Below are positions 27,264 to 38,033 of a stretch of DNA of 64,000 nt, one piece after another. The stretch is from an uncultured Acidobacteriaceae bacterium (lineage in GTDB: Bacteria > Acidobacteriota > Terriglobia > Terriglobales > Acidobacteriaceae). How positions within the stretch are numbered: the first letter of the stretch is position 1; every line of letters begins with the position of its first letter. The notes under the pieces are model-generated. The model saw only the letters and a list, made by a program, of their open reading frames with translations. It did not search any database and was not told the DNA's origin. The translations under genes and the position numbers were made by a program. The stretch lies in the NCBI GenBank assembly GCA_963758485.1, contig CAVWVM010000005.1:121988-185987 (forward strand), given 5' to 3'.

Positions 27264-27947
27264 TCAGGGTTTTAGTAATTCATTGGAGAGCAGTTGCGCC
27301 TTCATGGCGAAATCGTGACCGCGTTGCAGGTCACCATCAGCAACTGCTTTCTTTGACTGTTCGAGGAACAGCTTCACCTGACTCACCATTTCCTGCTGAC
27401 TAGGGCTGAGCTGGCGGGTGGTGAGGTTCTTGAGATTTGCCTCTGCAGCGGCGGTGAGTTGGTCGGTGTTGTAGCGCTCCTGCGATGCCTGTTCCGCGGT
27501 CGTCTTTCCCTTCAGCGCTATGTTGGGTTCGTCGGAGCCACCGTTCTTGATGACGACTTTCGTAGTCGGGCAAGGCTTCGATGCTGATGCGCCGTTAGCG
27601 TTATTCGTTTTGGCGGGATCGCTGCCGGGAGTTGAACTTGGAGACTGGCCGTCGGGGGTCGACTTTGATGTGGGCGGTGACGTGACACAGTCGGGAGTAG
27701 AGGCTGTGCTTTTCTTGCGATGCCAGTGATGTTTGGGTGGAGCTTGCGCCGAAGATGGGGAAGTCTGAGCTGGGGCCTTCGGAGTGGTTGACGTTGAAGT
27801 GGAATCAGCAGACGGCGCCGACGGGTTTTGGGGCTGAGATTGGGCGTCGGCAGCTTGTGATTGCGCCGCTATAGGAACTGGGCGCAAGGGTGCTCGAAAA
27901 CTTCCCCAAGTCGAGAGACAAACCACAAGGACTGCGGCCAGAGTCAT
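27264..27947 (-). CDS. Secreted low-complexity (S/T/P/A/Q-rich) hypothetical protein
   Basis: Signal-like N-terminus, long Ser/Pro/Thr linker, helical C-terminal region. Last gene of the RR-HK operon. Confidence 0.5.
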   Translation of the reverse strand: MTLAAVLVVCLSTWGSFRAPLRPVPIAAQSQAADAQSQPQNPSAPSADSTSTSTTPKAPAQTSPSSAQAPPKHHWHRKKSTASTPDCVTSPPTSKSTPDGQSPSSTPGSDPAKTNNANGASASKPCPTTKVVIKNGGSDEPNIALKGKTTAEQASQERYNTDQLTAAAEANLKNLTTRQLSPSQQEMVSQVKLFLEQSKKAVADGDLQRGHDFAMKAQLLSNELLKP

Positions 27948-28015
27948 TTCAATCCTGTGTGCGGCAAATAATTCTTAAATTCTACGCCTGAAAGTCGAAG
28001 AAATCAGTTCCGGCG

Positions 28016-30005
28016 TCAGGTCAACATCGTTTCGAAACTGTCGGGATCGCTTTCCGAATCCAGCCCGGCGGCAGCCAAAGGAATGCGGAATCGGAATGTC
28101 GTGCCGACACCTTCTTCCGATTCAAATTCCACAGAGCCGTCATGCCACTGCAACACCTGGTAAGTCTGGGCGAGGCCGATTCCATTGCCATCTTTTTTAG
28201 TGGTGAAGTAGAGCTCAAAAATCTTTTCGTGCAAATCTTCGGCGATGCCCATACCATGATCGCGAATTTCCGCGACTGCGATGTTGCCCTCCCGGTGGGC
28301 GCGGACTGTGAGCGGACCTCCGCGTGGCATAGCCTGAACTCCATTCAGCATGACGTTGAGGAAAGCCTGCTTCATCAGATCGAGATCGACCTTAATCGGG
28401 AGCGGGTTTCCGCCGGTAGCGCGCTCGACGATTACGCCGTGAGCTTCCGCGTCGGGAGTGGCGAGCAGGGCCACGTCTTCCAGCAGAGCGCGCAGATCCA
28501 CTTCCTCCAGGTGCAATTCGCGGGCGCGCATGAAATCGACGAGTGTCTGCACGACTCGATCGAGGCGCCGGATCTCGCTGCCGATGATATCCATATGACG
28601 GCGGGTATCTGGATCGAGCTCGGAAAGTTTGTTCTGCAGCAACTGCAGGTGCAGCACGATGGCATTGATGGGATTCTTTACCTCGTGCGCCACGCCGCCG
28701 GTAACTCGTCCGCTGGCGGAGAGCCGGCGTGACATTTCTATCTCGTCGCCGATACGGCGTACGGACTCCGCGTCGCGCATGATGAGCAGGGCGCCAATTT
28801 GCGTACCCTTCTCCTGAACGAAATCCATGGACACCTGAACGCGCCTTCCAGCAGCGGCGATGAATTCGCGCTGCACGAGCGGGCGCTTGCGATCGAAGGC
28901 ATCGAGGACCATCGATCCCAGAGGCAAATCGCGAGAGAAAATTTCGCCGGCGGTCCGGCCCAGTAATTCTCCACGCGGCCGCCCCAGGAAACGTTCGACC
29001 GGAGCGCTGACCAGGACCACGCGAGAATCGCGCGTGAACAGCATCAACCCGTCCTGCAGCTTGGACATGAGTTGATCCACGTTGTCTTTCAATGCGGAAA
29101 AGATTTCCTTGGTGTCCCGCATCTGCCGTCCGAGGTTAGCGATCTTCAGCGTAACCAAGCCGAATTCATCGTGCTCCGACTCGTTGCCCGATAGCTCGCC
29201 GCTGGCGCTCAGACTGACGCCGTCGGTCACGCTGTCGAGATTTCGGTTGATTTCGCGCAGAGGGCCGAGCGCCACGTTCGAAATCACCGCCGCCAGTATT
29301 AAGCGAGGTGAAGATGGATGCAATGGAAAAGTACAGGGCGTGCATCAGCCGGGGTGTCAGTTCATTTTTGAGAAAGACGCTTGAAACTCCGATGCGGATG
29401 GTGCCGAAAGGTTCGCTATTGAGCTGTAGCGGATAAGTTACGTCGTAGACCGCGGCCGGTTGATAGACCAGACGGAGTTGGTCCCAAAAACGCGAGGTCA
29501 CTACGGTATGAAAGTCGGGGCGCGGAGGAATGCGCTTATTCACCAGCTGAGTATTCGAATGCAGGATGGCCTTGCCGTTTGCGTCCGTGACGGACGCGTC
29601 ATAGATGTAGGACCAGAGCGCGGTGTCCGACTCGATGTTGTTGAGCAGATTCGTATCCATCGGCAGATATTCTGCGAGGGCGTGCCGAACCGCTACGGGA
29701 TCATTGGTGTCGACGCGGGTGCTGCTGAGGTCGGGCAAATCGTTTTCTGCAAAGTAACCCAGTTGCTGGGTGAGCCTGTAGGCGTTGTCGTAGGCGTCGG
29801 TAACGCGCAAGCGAAGCATTTGAGAAATGTATAGATAGGAGGAGACAGTCACCATCACGGTAACCATGAGGGTGATCGTCAGCACGATGATGGCTTTACG
29901 TCGCATGAGACCGTGGTCAGCAAACAGTGGCGCGTGGTCAGTGCTTGGCGGCGAGACTCGTGGGGCAGAGGAGGTAGGGCGCGGCGACCCAAAAATATCG
30001 AGCAA
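28016..30005 (-). CDS. Sensor histidine kinase (NtrB-like), apparent frameshift at about 29299-29302
   Basis: The N-terminal periplasmic/TM ORF (30005-29166) and the HAMP/PAS/HisKA/HATPase ORF (29323-28016) overlap in different frames. Joining at ...ASIFTSL / ILAAVISNVALGPL restores a continuous TM2-HAMP segment. H-box GVAHEVKNPINAI. G-box GNGIGL. Confidence 0.75.
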
Positions 30006-30038
30006 TTCTATCTCTTCATCGCTGACCGCTGATCCTGA

Positions 30039-31454
30039 TCACTGGCCACTTCTCTCAACTTCCTCTTTGCTCGAGTCCCCATCTGACGAGGCACTGCCGT
30101 ATTCCTTAAGCTTATTATGCAGGGTTTTCAAGCTAATTCCGAGGATTTCCGCGGCTTTGGTCTTATTGTTGCTCGTCGACTCCAAAGTCTTGAGAATGAG
30201 CATCTTCTCGGCTTCGCCAACTGTGGTTCCGACGCCCAGGCGGATGGCATCCGGGTCGTGGGCGCTGGTGCGCAGGATCGCGTGACCGAATCCTGGCGGA
30301 AGGTGCTTGGTCTCGATCATGCCGCTGTCGCACACAATCACCGCGCGCTCGATGGTGTTACGCAACTCGCGCACATTTCCCGGCCAAGTGTAGTTGGTGA
30401 AAAGATTCATCACAGCTTCGCTGACGGCCGCAACCTTGCGGTTGTGCTTGGAGCTCATTTCCGAGATCAGAAGTTGCACCAGATCCGCGATGTCTTCCTT
30501 GTGCTCCCGCAAGGGCGGCATGTGGATGTTGAACACGTTGAGCCGGTAATAGAGATCGCTGCGCAACTCGCCAGAAGCGACTGCGTCGTCCGGAACCTTA
30601 TTGGTGGCGGCAAGGACGCGGACGTCCACGGAAGTTTCCACTTTGCTGCCCAGACGCCGGAGCTTGTGGTCTTCCAGAACGCGCAACAACTTGGCTTGCG
30701 TAGCGACTGGCATTTCGCCGATTTCATCGAGCAGGATGGTTCCTCCTTCGGCTAACTCGAAGCAGCCCGTGCGCCTTTCGAGAGCGCCGGTAAAAGCACC
30801 TTTTTCGTGGCCGAAGATTTCACTTTCAATCAAAGTTTCAGGAATAGCGGCGCAATTGATGGCTACGAAAGGGCGCTCGCGGCGCGGACTGAGATGATGA
30901 ATGGTGCGCGCGACCAGTTCTTTTCCGGTCCCGCTTGCGCCGGTGATCAACACAGACGCGGTGCTGGGCGCGACCAACTCAATCAGGCGAAAGATCTCCT
31001 GCATCTTCCGCGAAGTTCCGCGCAACTGTCCGAGAGAGCCGGAATCGCGCAGCTTGCGGCGAGCGCTCTCTAGTTCAGCGCGAGTCCCGAGCAGGGAGGA
31101 CGCATTCTGCAGCATTGAGCGCAGACGGTGCGTATCGATAGGCTTGGTGATGTAGTCATAGGCGCCCAATCGCATGGCCTGTACGGCACTGTCGATGGTT
31201 CCTTGGGCGGTGACAAGGATGACGGCCATCGCTTGCGTTTGCTCGCCGAGCCTTTCGAGGAGTTCGAGACCGCCCATGCGCGGCATCTTCAAGTCCGTGA
31301 CCACGATGGACGGGCTCCACTGCTCAGCCTTTTGGATGCCTTCCAGTCCGTCGACAGCGGTTTCGGTGCGGTAGCCCCACGACGAAACTAATTCGGCAAG
31401 GCCGGTGCGTTCGTTCTCTTCATCCTCAACGATCAATACTTTTTCGTGGTTCAT
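30039..31454 (-). CDS. NtrC-family sigma54-dependent response regulator
   Basis: REC (LIVEDEE...IVVTDLKMP), AAA+ (GASGTGKE, GAFTGA), C-terminal Fis-type HTH. ATG at 31454; the longest ORF extends to TTG 31493. Confidence 0.9.
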   Translation of the reverse strand: MNHEKVLIVEDEENERTGLAELVSSWGYRTETAVDGLEGIQKAEQWSPSIVVTDLKMPRMGGLELLERLGEQTQAMAVILVTAQGTIDSAVQAMRLGAYDYITKPIDTHRLRSMLQNASSLLGTRAELESARRKLRDSGSLGQLRGTSRKMQEIFRLIELVAPSTASVLITGASGTGKELVARTIHHLSPRRERPFVAINCAAIPETLIESEIFGHEKGAFTGALERRTGCFELAEGGTILLDEIGEMPVATQAKLLRVLEDHKLRRLGSKVETSVDVRVLAATNKVPDDAVASGELRSDLYYRLNVFNIHMPPLREHKEDIADLVQLLISEMSSKHNRKVAAVSEAVMNLFTNYTWPGNVRELRNTIERAVIVCDSGMIETKHLPPGFGHAILRTSAHDPDAIRLGVGTTVGEAEKMLILKTLESTSNNKTKAAEILGISLKTLHNKLKEYGSASSDGDSSKEEVERSGQ

Positions 31455-31816
31455 CCCTTTGGTTCGCGTCGCTCCCTCAGTGATTGCAGACAACCGCAGG
31501 CACCGAGACTACAACCATACTCGGCTAGGTTCCCATGGGGCAAGGCGAGGAGAAAACTGCGAAGTGCCTCCCTTGCGGAAGACGATGTAAATTTCAAATG
31601 TCACTTTGAGACGAATCTGAATCGATAACAACCAACAAGCTCAGCAAGTAATCCGATAATTTCTACTCTAAGTCTTTCGCTTTGAGATTGTAGTGAGTTA
31701 GAATTGCGGGTCCCCAAAATAGCGGTTTCATTTGCGGGCTAGGGCTCCGCATGAGTTTTTGACCCTGCTGCCGGAATTGAGGTGCAGGTGAATCGCGTCG
31801 ATATACGGAGGAAGGA

Positions 31817-33436
31817 ATGTCATTGCGTTCTAAGTGGGAAGGCCGGGTTGTTAGTGGCCTGATGGTAGTTCTGGCGGTATCACTCATATCCAACGCTGCG
31901 GTTGCGCAGAGCGATACGAATCCGAAATGGGATTTGTTTGTAGGCTATCAATGGCTGCACCCAGGTGGCACTGTACCGACACCGTTCGGGGACTATAACA
32001 ACCCGACTGGCTACAAGGTGCCCGATATGTCTCCGGGCTTCGGCAGCGCTTTGACGTATAACTTTGATCCCCACTGGGGCGCGGAGTTTGACTTCGGCCA
32101 TAACTGGGGAAGCGGCAACTATGAAACTACTGGATCGATCGGTCCACGATTCATGGTGCGGACGGATACCGCAAATTATTTCCTGCACGCGATGGTCAGT
32201 CTGAACCGGGTCGCAGTCAATGGCCTGAATGCCAACAATGGAGTGGGGGCCATCCTGGGCGGCGGCATGGATTTGCCGATCAAGAAGTGGCTGGCATTTC
32301 GTCTGTTTGAAGCGGACTACGTTTGGGGCAGGCACAATTATGCAGACTTTGCGTCCTCGGATTTCCCCGATCTGCGGCGGCCTTCGTTTGAGGGCGTCCG
32401 GCTGCGCACTGGTTTAGTCTTCAGTTGGGGTGGCGCGCCGGCCGTTGCTCCGACCGCAAGTTGCTCGGTGCAGCCTACGGAAGTCATGGTGGGTGAACCC
32501 ATCACGGCCACCGTTACGGTCAGCAACTTCAATCCCAAGCATACGGTCACCTATGCATGGACCGGGAATGGTGGCCAGGTCACTGGTAAGGACACGACGG
32601 CCCAGATCGACACCAAGGACGCGGCGCCCGGCAGCTATACCGTCACGGCTCATGTGACGGACGCGAAGATGAAGACCAACAACGAGGCGAGCTGTTCGGC
32701 GAATTACACGATCAAGCCGCTGCCTCCGAAGAATCCTCCGACGATGAGTTGCACGGCGAGTCCCAGCAGCGTCCAGGCTGGCACGAGCGTGAACGTCACC
32801 TGTAGCTGTACCAGTCAAGACGGCGTTCCGGTCACTGTTTCCAACTGGACGGCGAGCAGCGGAACGGTAACAGGAAGTGGTAATACGGCCACTCTGGATA
32901 CAAACGGAGCTGCACCGGGCACCGTCACGGTCAGCGCGACGTGCACCGATTCGCGCGGTCTCACCGGTCAGGCCTCAACGCAAGCGACCGTGGAGAATCC
33001 GCCACCTCCGCCGCCGAAAGCCGCGAAGCTGAGCCAGTGCGACTTCCCGAACGAGAAGAAGCCCTGGCGCGTGGACAACACCTGCAAGGCTATCCTGGAC
33101 GACGTAGCCAAGAACCTGCAGCAGAATCCCGACAGCAAGCTGGTAATCGTCGGCAATGCTGAACCGACCGAGAGACGGAAGAATCTGGCGGGCGAACGAG
33201 CCGTCGATTCCAAGTTCTACCTGGCGGAAGGCGAGGCTCAACAGCGGATCGATCCAAGCCGCATCGAAGTGCGCACCGGCAGCGGTGGCACCAAGACGGC
33301 TGAGTACTGGATTGTGCCCTCTGGCGCAACCTTCGACTCGACTGGCACACAAACCGTGGATGAATCCAGAGTGAAAGCCGTTCCGGATCATCCCAAGCCG
33401 GCAGCCAAGAAAAGGGCGGCCAAGAAAGCGCAGTAA
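31817..33436 (+). CDS. Outer-membrane protein: N-terminal beta-barrel-like region, two Ig-like modules, OmpA-like C-terminus
   Basis: Signal peptide. Aromatic-rich alternating N-terminal region. Two repeated Cys-bracketed modules. The C-terminal LVIVGNAEP...RKNLAGERAV resembles an OmpA_C-like domain. SD GGAGGAAGG. Confidence 0.65.
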   Translation: MSLRSKWEGRVVSGLMVVLAVSLISNAAVAQSDTNPKWDLFVGYQWLHPGGTVPTPFGDYNNPTGYKVPDMSPGFGSALTYNFDPHWGAEFDFGHNWGSGNYETTGSIGPRFMVRTDTANYFLHAMVSLNRVAVNGLNANNGVGAILGGGMDLPIKKWLAFRLFEADYVWGRHNYADFASSDFPDLRRPSFEGVRLRTGLVFSWGGAPAVAPTASCSVQPTEVMVGEPITATVTVSNFNPKHTVTYAWTGNGGQVTGKDTTAQIDTKDAAPGSYTVTAHVTDAKMKTNNEASCSANYTIKPLPPKNPPTMSCTASPSSVQAGTSVNVTCSCTSQDGVPVTVSNWTASSGTVTGSGNTATLDTNGAAPGTVTVSATCTDSRGLTGQASTQATVENPPPPPPKAAKLSQCDFPNEKKPWRVDNTCKAILDDVAKNLQQNPDSKLVIVGNAEPTERRKNLAGERAVDSKFYLAEGEAQQRIDPSRIEVRTGSGGTKTAEYWIVPSGATFDSTGTQTVDESRVKAVPDHPKPAAKKRAAKKAQ

Positions 33437-33451
33437 TTCGCTCGATGTGAA

Positions 33452-33486
33452 AGGGCCGGTCGGCGAAAGCGACCGGCCCTTTTTTC
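33452..33486 (+). terminator. Rho-independent terminator
   Basis: AGGGCCGGTCG-GCGAAAG-CGACCGGCCCT followed by TTTTT. Confidence 0.85.
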
Positions 33487-33575
33487 GCGTGACCTTCAGT
33501 AACTTGCTGCGGGGGTTAGCAGCCTGTCAGGCTAACTGTCGCATCTAACTCTTCGACTTGGGGCGGAAAAGGCAT

Positions 33576-35573
33576 ATGAAATCTGCATCACTTAAGTTGC
33601 TGACAATGTTGGTGTTGGCTACCGTATGTGCGTACGCTGCGGGAGCACGGCAGTGGACCGTCCTTGGTCCTGATGGCGGAGATGTGCGCAGCTTAGCTTA
33701 TGACCCACAGAATCCGGACCGGGTACTTCTGGGCACGAGTACCGGCGTGATTTTCGTCTCGGACGACGGCGGCCACAACTGGTCGAGATTTGCCAAACTC
33801 GGCCTTGGTGACGATTACGTTCTCGATCACATTGCTTTTGATCCCCAGGACTCGAAAACCATATTTGTTTCGGCCTGGAGCGTTCAAGATCAGAATGCGG
33901 GCGATATTTTCCGCACCCACAATGGCGGCAAAGACTGGGAAAGCATGCCCGCGATGCACGGGAAGTCGGTGCGTGCGATGGCAATTTCGGCCTCTGACAA
34001 TAAAGTGATAGTCGCGGGGGCTCTCGACGGGGTCTACCGCAGCAACGATGGTGGCAGTTTGTGGCAGCGGATCTCGCCGAATGACGGCGTCGTGAAAAAT
34101 ATCGAGTCGATTGCGGTGGACCCGAAAGATCCGAACATCGTTTATGCCGGAACCTGGCACCTGGCCTGGAAGACCGCAGATGGCGGCGCCAACTGGCAGC
34201 ACATCAACAAGGGCATGATTGACGATTCTGACGTTTTCTCAATCATCGTGAGTTCCGCAAATCCTTCTGAAGTTTTCGCCAGCGCATGCTCCGGCATCTA
34301 CAAGAGCACGAGCGCGGGTGAGCAGTTCGACAAGATCAAGGGCATCCCGTTCACAGCACGCCGGACTCGCGTGTTGAAGCAGGATCCCAGCAATCCGGCA
34401 ATCGTTTATGCCGGAACCACCGAAGGTCTTTGGAAGAGTGTCGACGAAGGCAAGAATTGGAAGCAGGTCAGCAGTCCGCAGGTTGTCGTGAATGACGTGC
34501 TGGTCGATCCGCGCAACTCCAAGCATGTGCTTCTGGCGACGGACCGAAGCGGCGTTCTGGCCAGTGATGACGCAGCGGCAACGTTCACTTCGTCGAATCA
34601 CGGATATTCTCACCGTTATGTAAGCGCGATTCTGGCGGACAGCAAAACCGCCAACACCCTCTATATCGGTTTGGTGAATGATCGCGATTTCGGCGGGGTG
34701 TTCACCAGCCACGATGGCGGGCAGAGCTGGCAGCAGAAGAGTTCAGGCCTCGATGGCCGGGATGTATTCACTCTGAAGCAAGCCAGCAACGGAACGCTGG
34801 TCGTTGGAACGAATCGTGGCATGTTTGAGCTGGCGGAGGGCAGTTCCGCGTGGCACCCGATCAACAATGTCGAAGTCTCCAAAACGGTTTCGCGAACGGT
34901 AACGCTTAAGAGCGGCAAGAAGAAGACTGTAAGCTCCACCACCAGCGTTCACTCTGTGCTGGAAGGGCGGGTGAACGATACGGAACTCGGGTCGACGCGC
35001 TGGTTCGCGGCTACTTCCGCAGGACTTTTTACCAGCAAGGATCATGGTAAGGTTTGGGTGGGCGGGCCGGTCGCGGGCGAGAAAGACTTCGTCGCGGTGC
35101 AAGCTCAGGACCAGCTGATCGTTGCTGCGACGCGGTCGACCGTCCTTCTTTCTCAGGATGGGGGCGGGGCATGGCAGTCGGCGCGGCTGGCAGCTTATCC
35201 GGTAAACATTCGCAATGTGACCGTGGCACCGGACGGGCAGATTTTTGTCGCCGCCCGCGAGGGCGCGTTCCATAGCGCGGATTTCGGCAAGAGCTGGAAT
35301 CATGTCGCCTCTGGACTGCCGGACAAGGACATCACGTCGGTGACTTATGACGGCAGCCACAAGCGGCTGCTCGCCACCAGCGGCCAGACGGGTGTTGTGT
35401 TCGAGAGTGCCGACGGCGGCAGCACATGGCAGCGAGGACCGGATTCCGGATTCCCGCTGCGGCGCATCAGCGTGGTCCACGGCCGTTACATCGCTGCAAC
35501 TCCGTTTGATGGGGTGATTGCGCAACCGGAAAACGAATCCCAGAGCGCGGACGCGGGTGGTGGCTCCAACTAA
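33576..35573 (+). CDS. BNR/Asp-box repeat beta-propeller protein (sortilin/Ycf48-like), secreted
   Basis: Signal peptide and many S.DGG..W Asp-box repeats (SDDGGHNW, THNGGKDW, SNDGGSLW, TADGGANW, SHDGGQSW, SQDGGGAW, SADGGSTW). Confidence 0.8.
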   Translation: MKSASLKLLTMLVLATVCAYAAGARQWTVLGPDGGDVRSLAYDPQNPDRVLLGTSTGVIFVSDDGGHNWSRFAKLGLGDDYVLDHIAFDPQDSKTIFVSAWSVQDQNAGDIFRTHNGGKDWESMPAMHGKSVRAMAISASDNKVIVAGALDGVYRSNDGGSLWQRISPNDGVVKNIESIAVDPKDPNIVYAGTWHLAWKTADGGANWQHINKGMIDDSDVFSIIVSSANPSEVFASACSGIYKSTSAGEQFDKIKGIPFTARRTRVLKQDPSNPAIVYAGTTEGLWKSVDEGKNWKQVSSPQVVVNDVLVDPRNSKHVLLATDRSGVLASDDAAATFTSSNHGYSHRYVSAILADSKTANTLYIGLVNDRDFGGVFTSHDGGQSWQQKSSGLDGRDVFTLKQASNGTLVVGTNRGMFELAEGSSAWHPINNVEVSKTVSRTVTLKSGKKKTVSSTTSVHSVLEGRVNDTELGSTRWFAATSAGLFTSKDHGKVWVGGPVAGEKDFVAVQAQDQLIVAATRSTVLLSQDGGGAWQSARLAAYPVNIRNVTVAPDGQIFVAAREGAFHSADFGKSWNHVASGLPDKDITSVTYDGSHKRLLATSGQTGVVFESADGGSTWQRGPDSGFPLRRISVVHGRYIAATPFDGVIAQPENESQSADAGGGSN

Positions 35574-35595
35574 GTCATACCTCTCGTAAAAACCT

Positions 35596-35628
35596 CGCGG
35601 AGAGCATCATGCTCTCCGCGATTTTTCT
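35596..35628 (+). terminator. Rho-independent terminator
   Basis: CGCGGAGAGCA-TCA-TGCTCTCCGCG followed by ATTTTTCTT. Confidence 0.85.
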
Positions 35629-35645
35629 TGGTAGCAGGTTCCATA

Positions 35646-35674
35646 GAGCAACTGGAAGCCATTTCCGAGCAACT
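35646..35674 (+). promoter_or_regulatory. Direct repeat GAGCAACT-N13-GAGCAACT, candidate activator site
   Basis: Two identical octamers 21 bp apart (35646-35653 and 35667-35674), 60-90 bp upstream of the -24 element at 35734. Confidence 0.3.
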
Positions 35675-35733
35675 TCTACACGCCGCCTTTTTATGCGAAA
35701 AGGCTAATTCGTTGCCCTTCAAAGGTTTACCTC

Positions 35734-35749
35734 TGGTACTTGAGTTGCC
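35734..35749 (+). promoter_or_regulatory. Candidate sigma54 (-24/-12) promoter
   Basis: TGGTAC-TTGAG-TTGCC with canonical GG-N10-GC spacing. About 40 nt upstream of ATG 35788, downstream of a terminator. Confidence 0.5.
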
Positions 35750-35787
35750 ACTATCCCGTAAAAGAGGAACGAGCAACCATAAGCACC

Positions 35788-36498
35788 ATGCACAAACTGC
35801 GGAGAACGCAGCCCTTCAAGTCGGCATGCGTCGTATTGTGTCTGGCTGCTGGTATTACGCAGGGTTGCGCCCGACGTGATCCCTTGCGCCCTACAGATGC
35901 GGGGGCAAGCAGTTCCTCGGAACAAACGCTTCCGTTCCATCAGAGTCCCGACCAAATATCTGACGACAGCGCGCGGCCGGCAGTGCCGACGGATCAAAAT
36001 CTCAAGACCGACAGACCATTTCGCGGGATCGCGGAGTCCAGAACACTGCCGCCCGGCACGCTCATCACCGTCCGTCTTGACGACTCGCTATCGCTCGCGC
36101 GGATAAATCCCGGAGACGCTTTCACCGCGTCAGTGTCGGGTTCGCTAACCCTTCATGGGGAAATCGTGGTCGAAAGCGGATCACCCGTCAGCGGCCGAGT
36201 GGAAGCCGTACAGCCTTCTGCCAACCGAGCAGGTTTTAGACCCGACCCTGGATATGTTCGGTTGACCTTGAATGCAATGACGGTGGATGGCCGACCTGTA
36301 GTGCTGCGCACGTCAAGCTTGTTTGCAAAAGGAACCTTCGCCACGGGGAAATCGTCAGCCACCGGAGCAACGGATAAGTCCGATGGTTTGCGGGTGCTGA
36401 AAGGACGTCGCCTCACTTTTCGGCTGACGGCCCCGATCACTTTGGGAGATCCTGGCCCGGTCGCCCATCTCGAAAACCCTCATCATTCGATTCCGTAA
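35788..36498 (+). CDS. Hypothetical exported protein (possible lipoprotein)
   Basis: MHKLRRTQPFKSACVVLCLAAGITQGC signal. No family recognised. Immediately upstream of an HK-RR pair. Confidence 0.55.
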   Translation: MHKLRRTQPFKSACVVLCLAAGITQGCARRDPLRPTDAGASSSSEQTLPFHQSPDQISDDSARPAVPTDQNLKTDRPFRGIAESRTLPPGTLITVRLDDSLSLARINPGDAFTASVSGSLTLHGEIVVESGSPVSGRVEAVQPSANRAGFRPDPGYVRLTLNAMTVDGRPVVLRTSSLFAKGTFATGKSSATGATDKSDGLRVLKGRRLTFRLTAPITLGDPGPVAHLENPHHSIP

Positions 36499-36782
36499 AC
36501 ACCAAGCGGTACCCCTTCCAAGTGTGAGCTCGATTCATCGTCCGACTCAACGGACATCTGGCTGCGAGCGTTTTTCCACAGACTGGTTCCTCGTGCGCGT
36601 GACGTCTGCCCTTCGCAGTCTCAGATTGGGCCTCCTATAGTGGGATCGCAATCGAAGGTAAGAAGAAAAAATGAATAGGGCAAACTTCCCCGTCTTTATC
36701 CGTTCCGGTTTCGGGAACACCGAGGTATCGGGTCGATGATCCGCGGGTTCCTTTCGGCACTTGTTCCCGGCAAAGTATCGAT

Positions 36783-38033
36783 ATGAATATCGCAACCCCA
36801 CTTCGGTGGTCGGATTCATTCGCAAAGAATCTTCCCCAAAATAGCTTCCATTGCATTTTCCAAAACGCTCCGGTCGCGGCAGCCCGTTGCGACCGCGACG
36901 GTATCATCGTTGAGACGAACTCCGCACTTGAGCAGGTCCTCGGGCTGGAATTACTGAGTCACGGCCCCCTCAGTTTCTTCGATCTGGTTCCTGATGTGGA
37001 ACGAGGTGCGGCGGAGAAGCTCTTTCGAGATTTGATTAGCGGCGCTCGCGACAGTATCCGGGTAGACGGCGAAAATGCCAGTCATGGATCCGCGGTGGCA
37101 TGTTGGACCGCATGGCGGCAGCCCGGGTCTGTCGACGAGTCGGCCGATGTATTTCTGATCGGCCAGAGCAGCCTGGAAGCTGTTCCCACCCATGAAAGCC
37201 TTCTTCAAACGCAACGCTGGGAAGCCATCGGCCGGATGGCGGGGGGTGTTGTGCATGACTTCAACAATCTATTGACGGGCGTCATGCTGGATTGCGATCT
37301 TCTGCTTTCGAATCTGGATCCCATTGACCGCCGCCGGCGCTACGCCGATGAGATTCGTTCCGCCGTCTTGCAAGCGACGGGATTGGTGCAGCAGTTGCTT
37401 GGCTTCGCACGGCCGAAATCCGAAAGAATGCGCCCCCTTTGTTTGAATCAGGTGATTGAAGGGATGCGGAACCTGTTAACCCGGATGATCGGCGCTAACA
37501 TTGCTCTCGATTTTAGTCTCGATGCGAGTCTGGGCCCCATTCGAATCGACCGAGCGCAAGCGCAACAAGTGATCCTGAATCTGGTTCTCAATGCGCGCGA
37601 TGCCCTGCCTCGCGGCGGGCGCATCGTGGTGGAGACGAGTAACTGCAAATTTCAAACCGTAACGGGATCCCACTTGGCGGAGGAGGGGGCCGCCGACTTT
37701 CCCTGCGTTCTTCTGACGGTTAGCGATAACGGCCAGGGGATGGACGCCGAGACAAGGGAGCGGGTGTTTGAGCCTTTCTTTACCACCAAGACTTCGGGGA
37801 AAGGCACCGGCCTTGGACTCACTACGGTTCGTAGCATTGTCACGACAAACCGCGGACTGGTTCATGTCGAGAGCCAACCGGGTTTGGGAACTCGCGTGAT
37901 GATCCTTCTCCCCCGAGCCTCTAAGTCCGCCGATGTCGTACCCCTGGAGGCGGGCCATTTCGCTTCCGGTCCTTCACTACTGCCACCTTCATCATCGCCA
38001 CTTCAAGAAGTTAAAGAGGAACAGGTCCTATGA
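36783..38033 (+). CDS. PAS sensor histidine kinase (cytoplasmic)
   Basis: PAS (FQNAPVAAARCDRDGIIVETN), H-box VHDFNNLLTGV, N-box LNLVLNARDA, G-boxes DNGQGM and GKGTGLGL. Confidence 0.85.
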   Translation: MNIATPLRWSDSFAKNLPQNSFHCIFQNAPVAAARCDRDGIIVETNSALEQVLGLELLSHGPLSFFDLVPDVERGAAEKLFRDLISGARDSIRVDGENASHGSAVACWTAWRQPGSVDESADVFLIGQSSLEAVPTHESLLQTQRWEAIGRMAGGVVHDFNNLLTGVMLDCDLLLSNLDPIDRRRRYADEIRSAVLQATGLVQQLLGFARPKSERMRPLCLNQVIEGMRNLLTRMIGANIALDFSLDASLGPIRIDRAQAQQVILNLVLNARDALPRGGRIVVETSNCKFQTVTGSHLAEEGAADFPCVLLTVSDNGQGMDAETRERVFEPFFTTKTSGKGTGLGLTTVRSIVTTNRGLVHVESQPGLGTRVMILLPRASKSADVVPLEAGHFASGPSLLPPSSSPLQEVKEEQVL

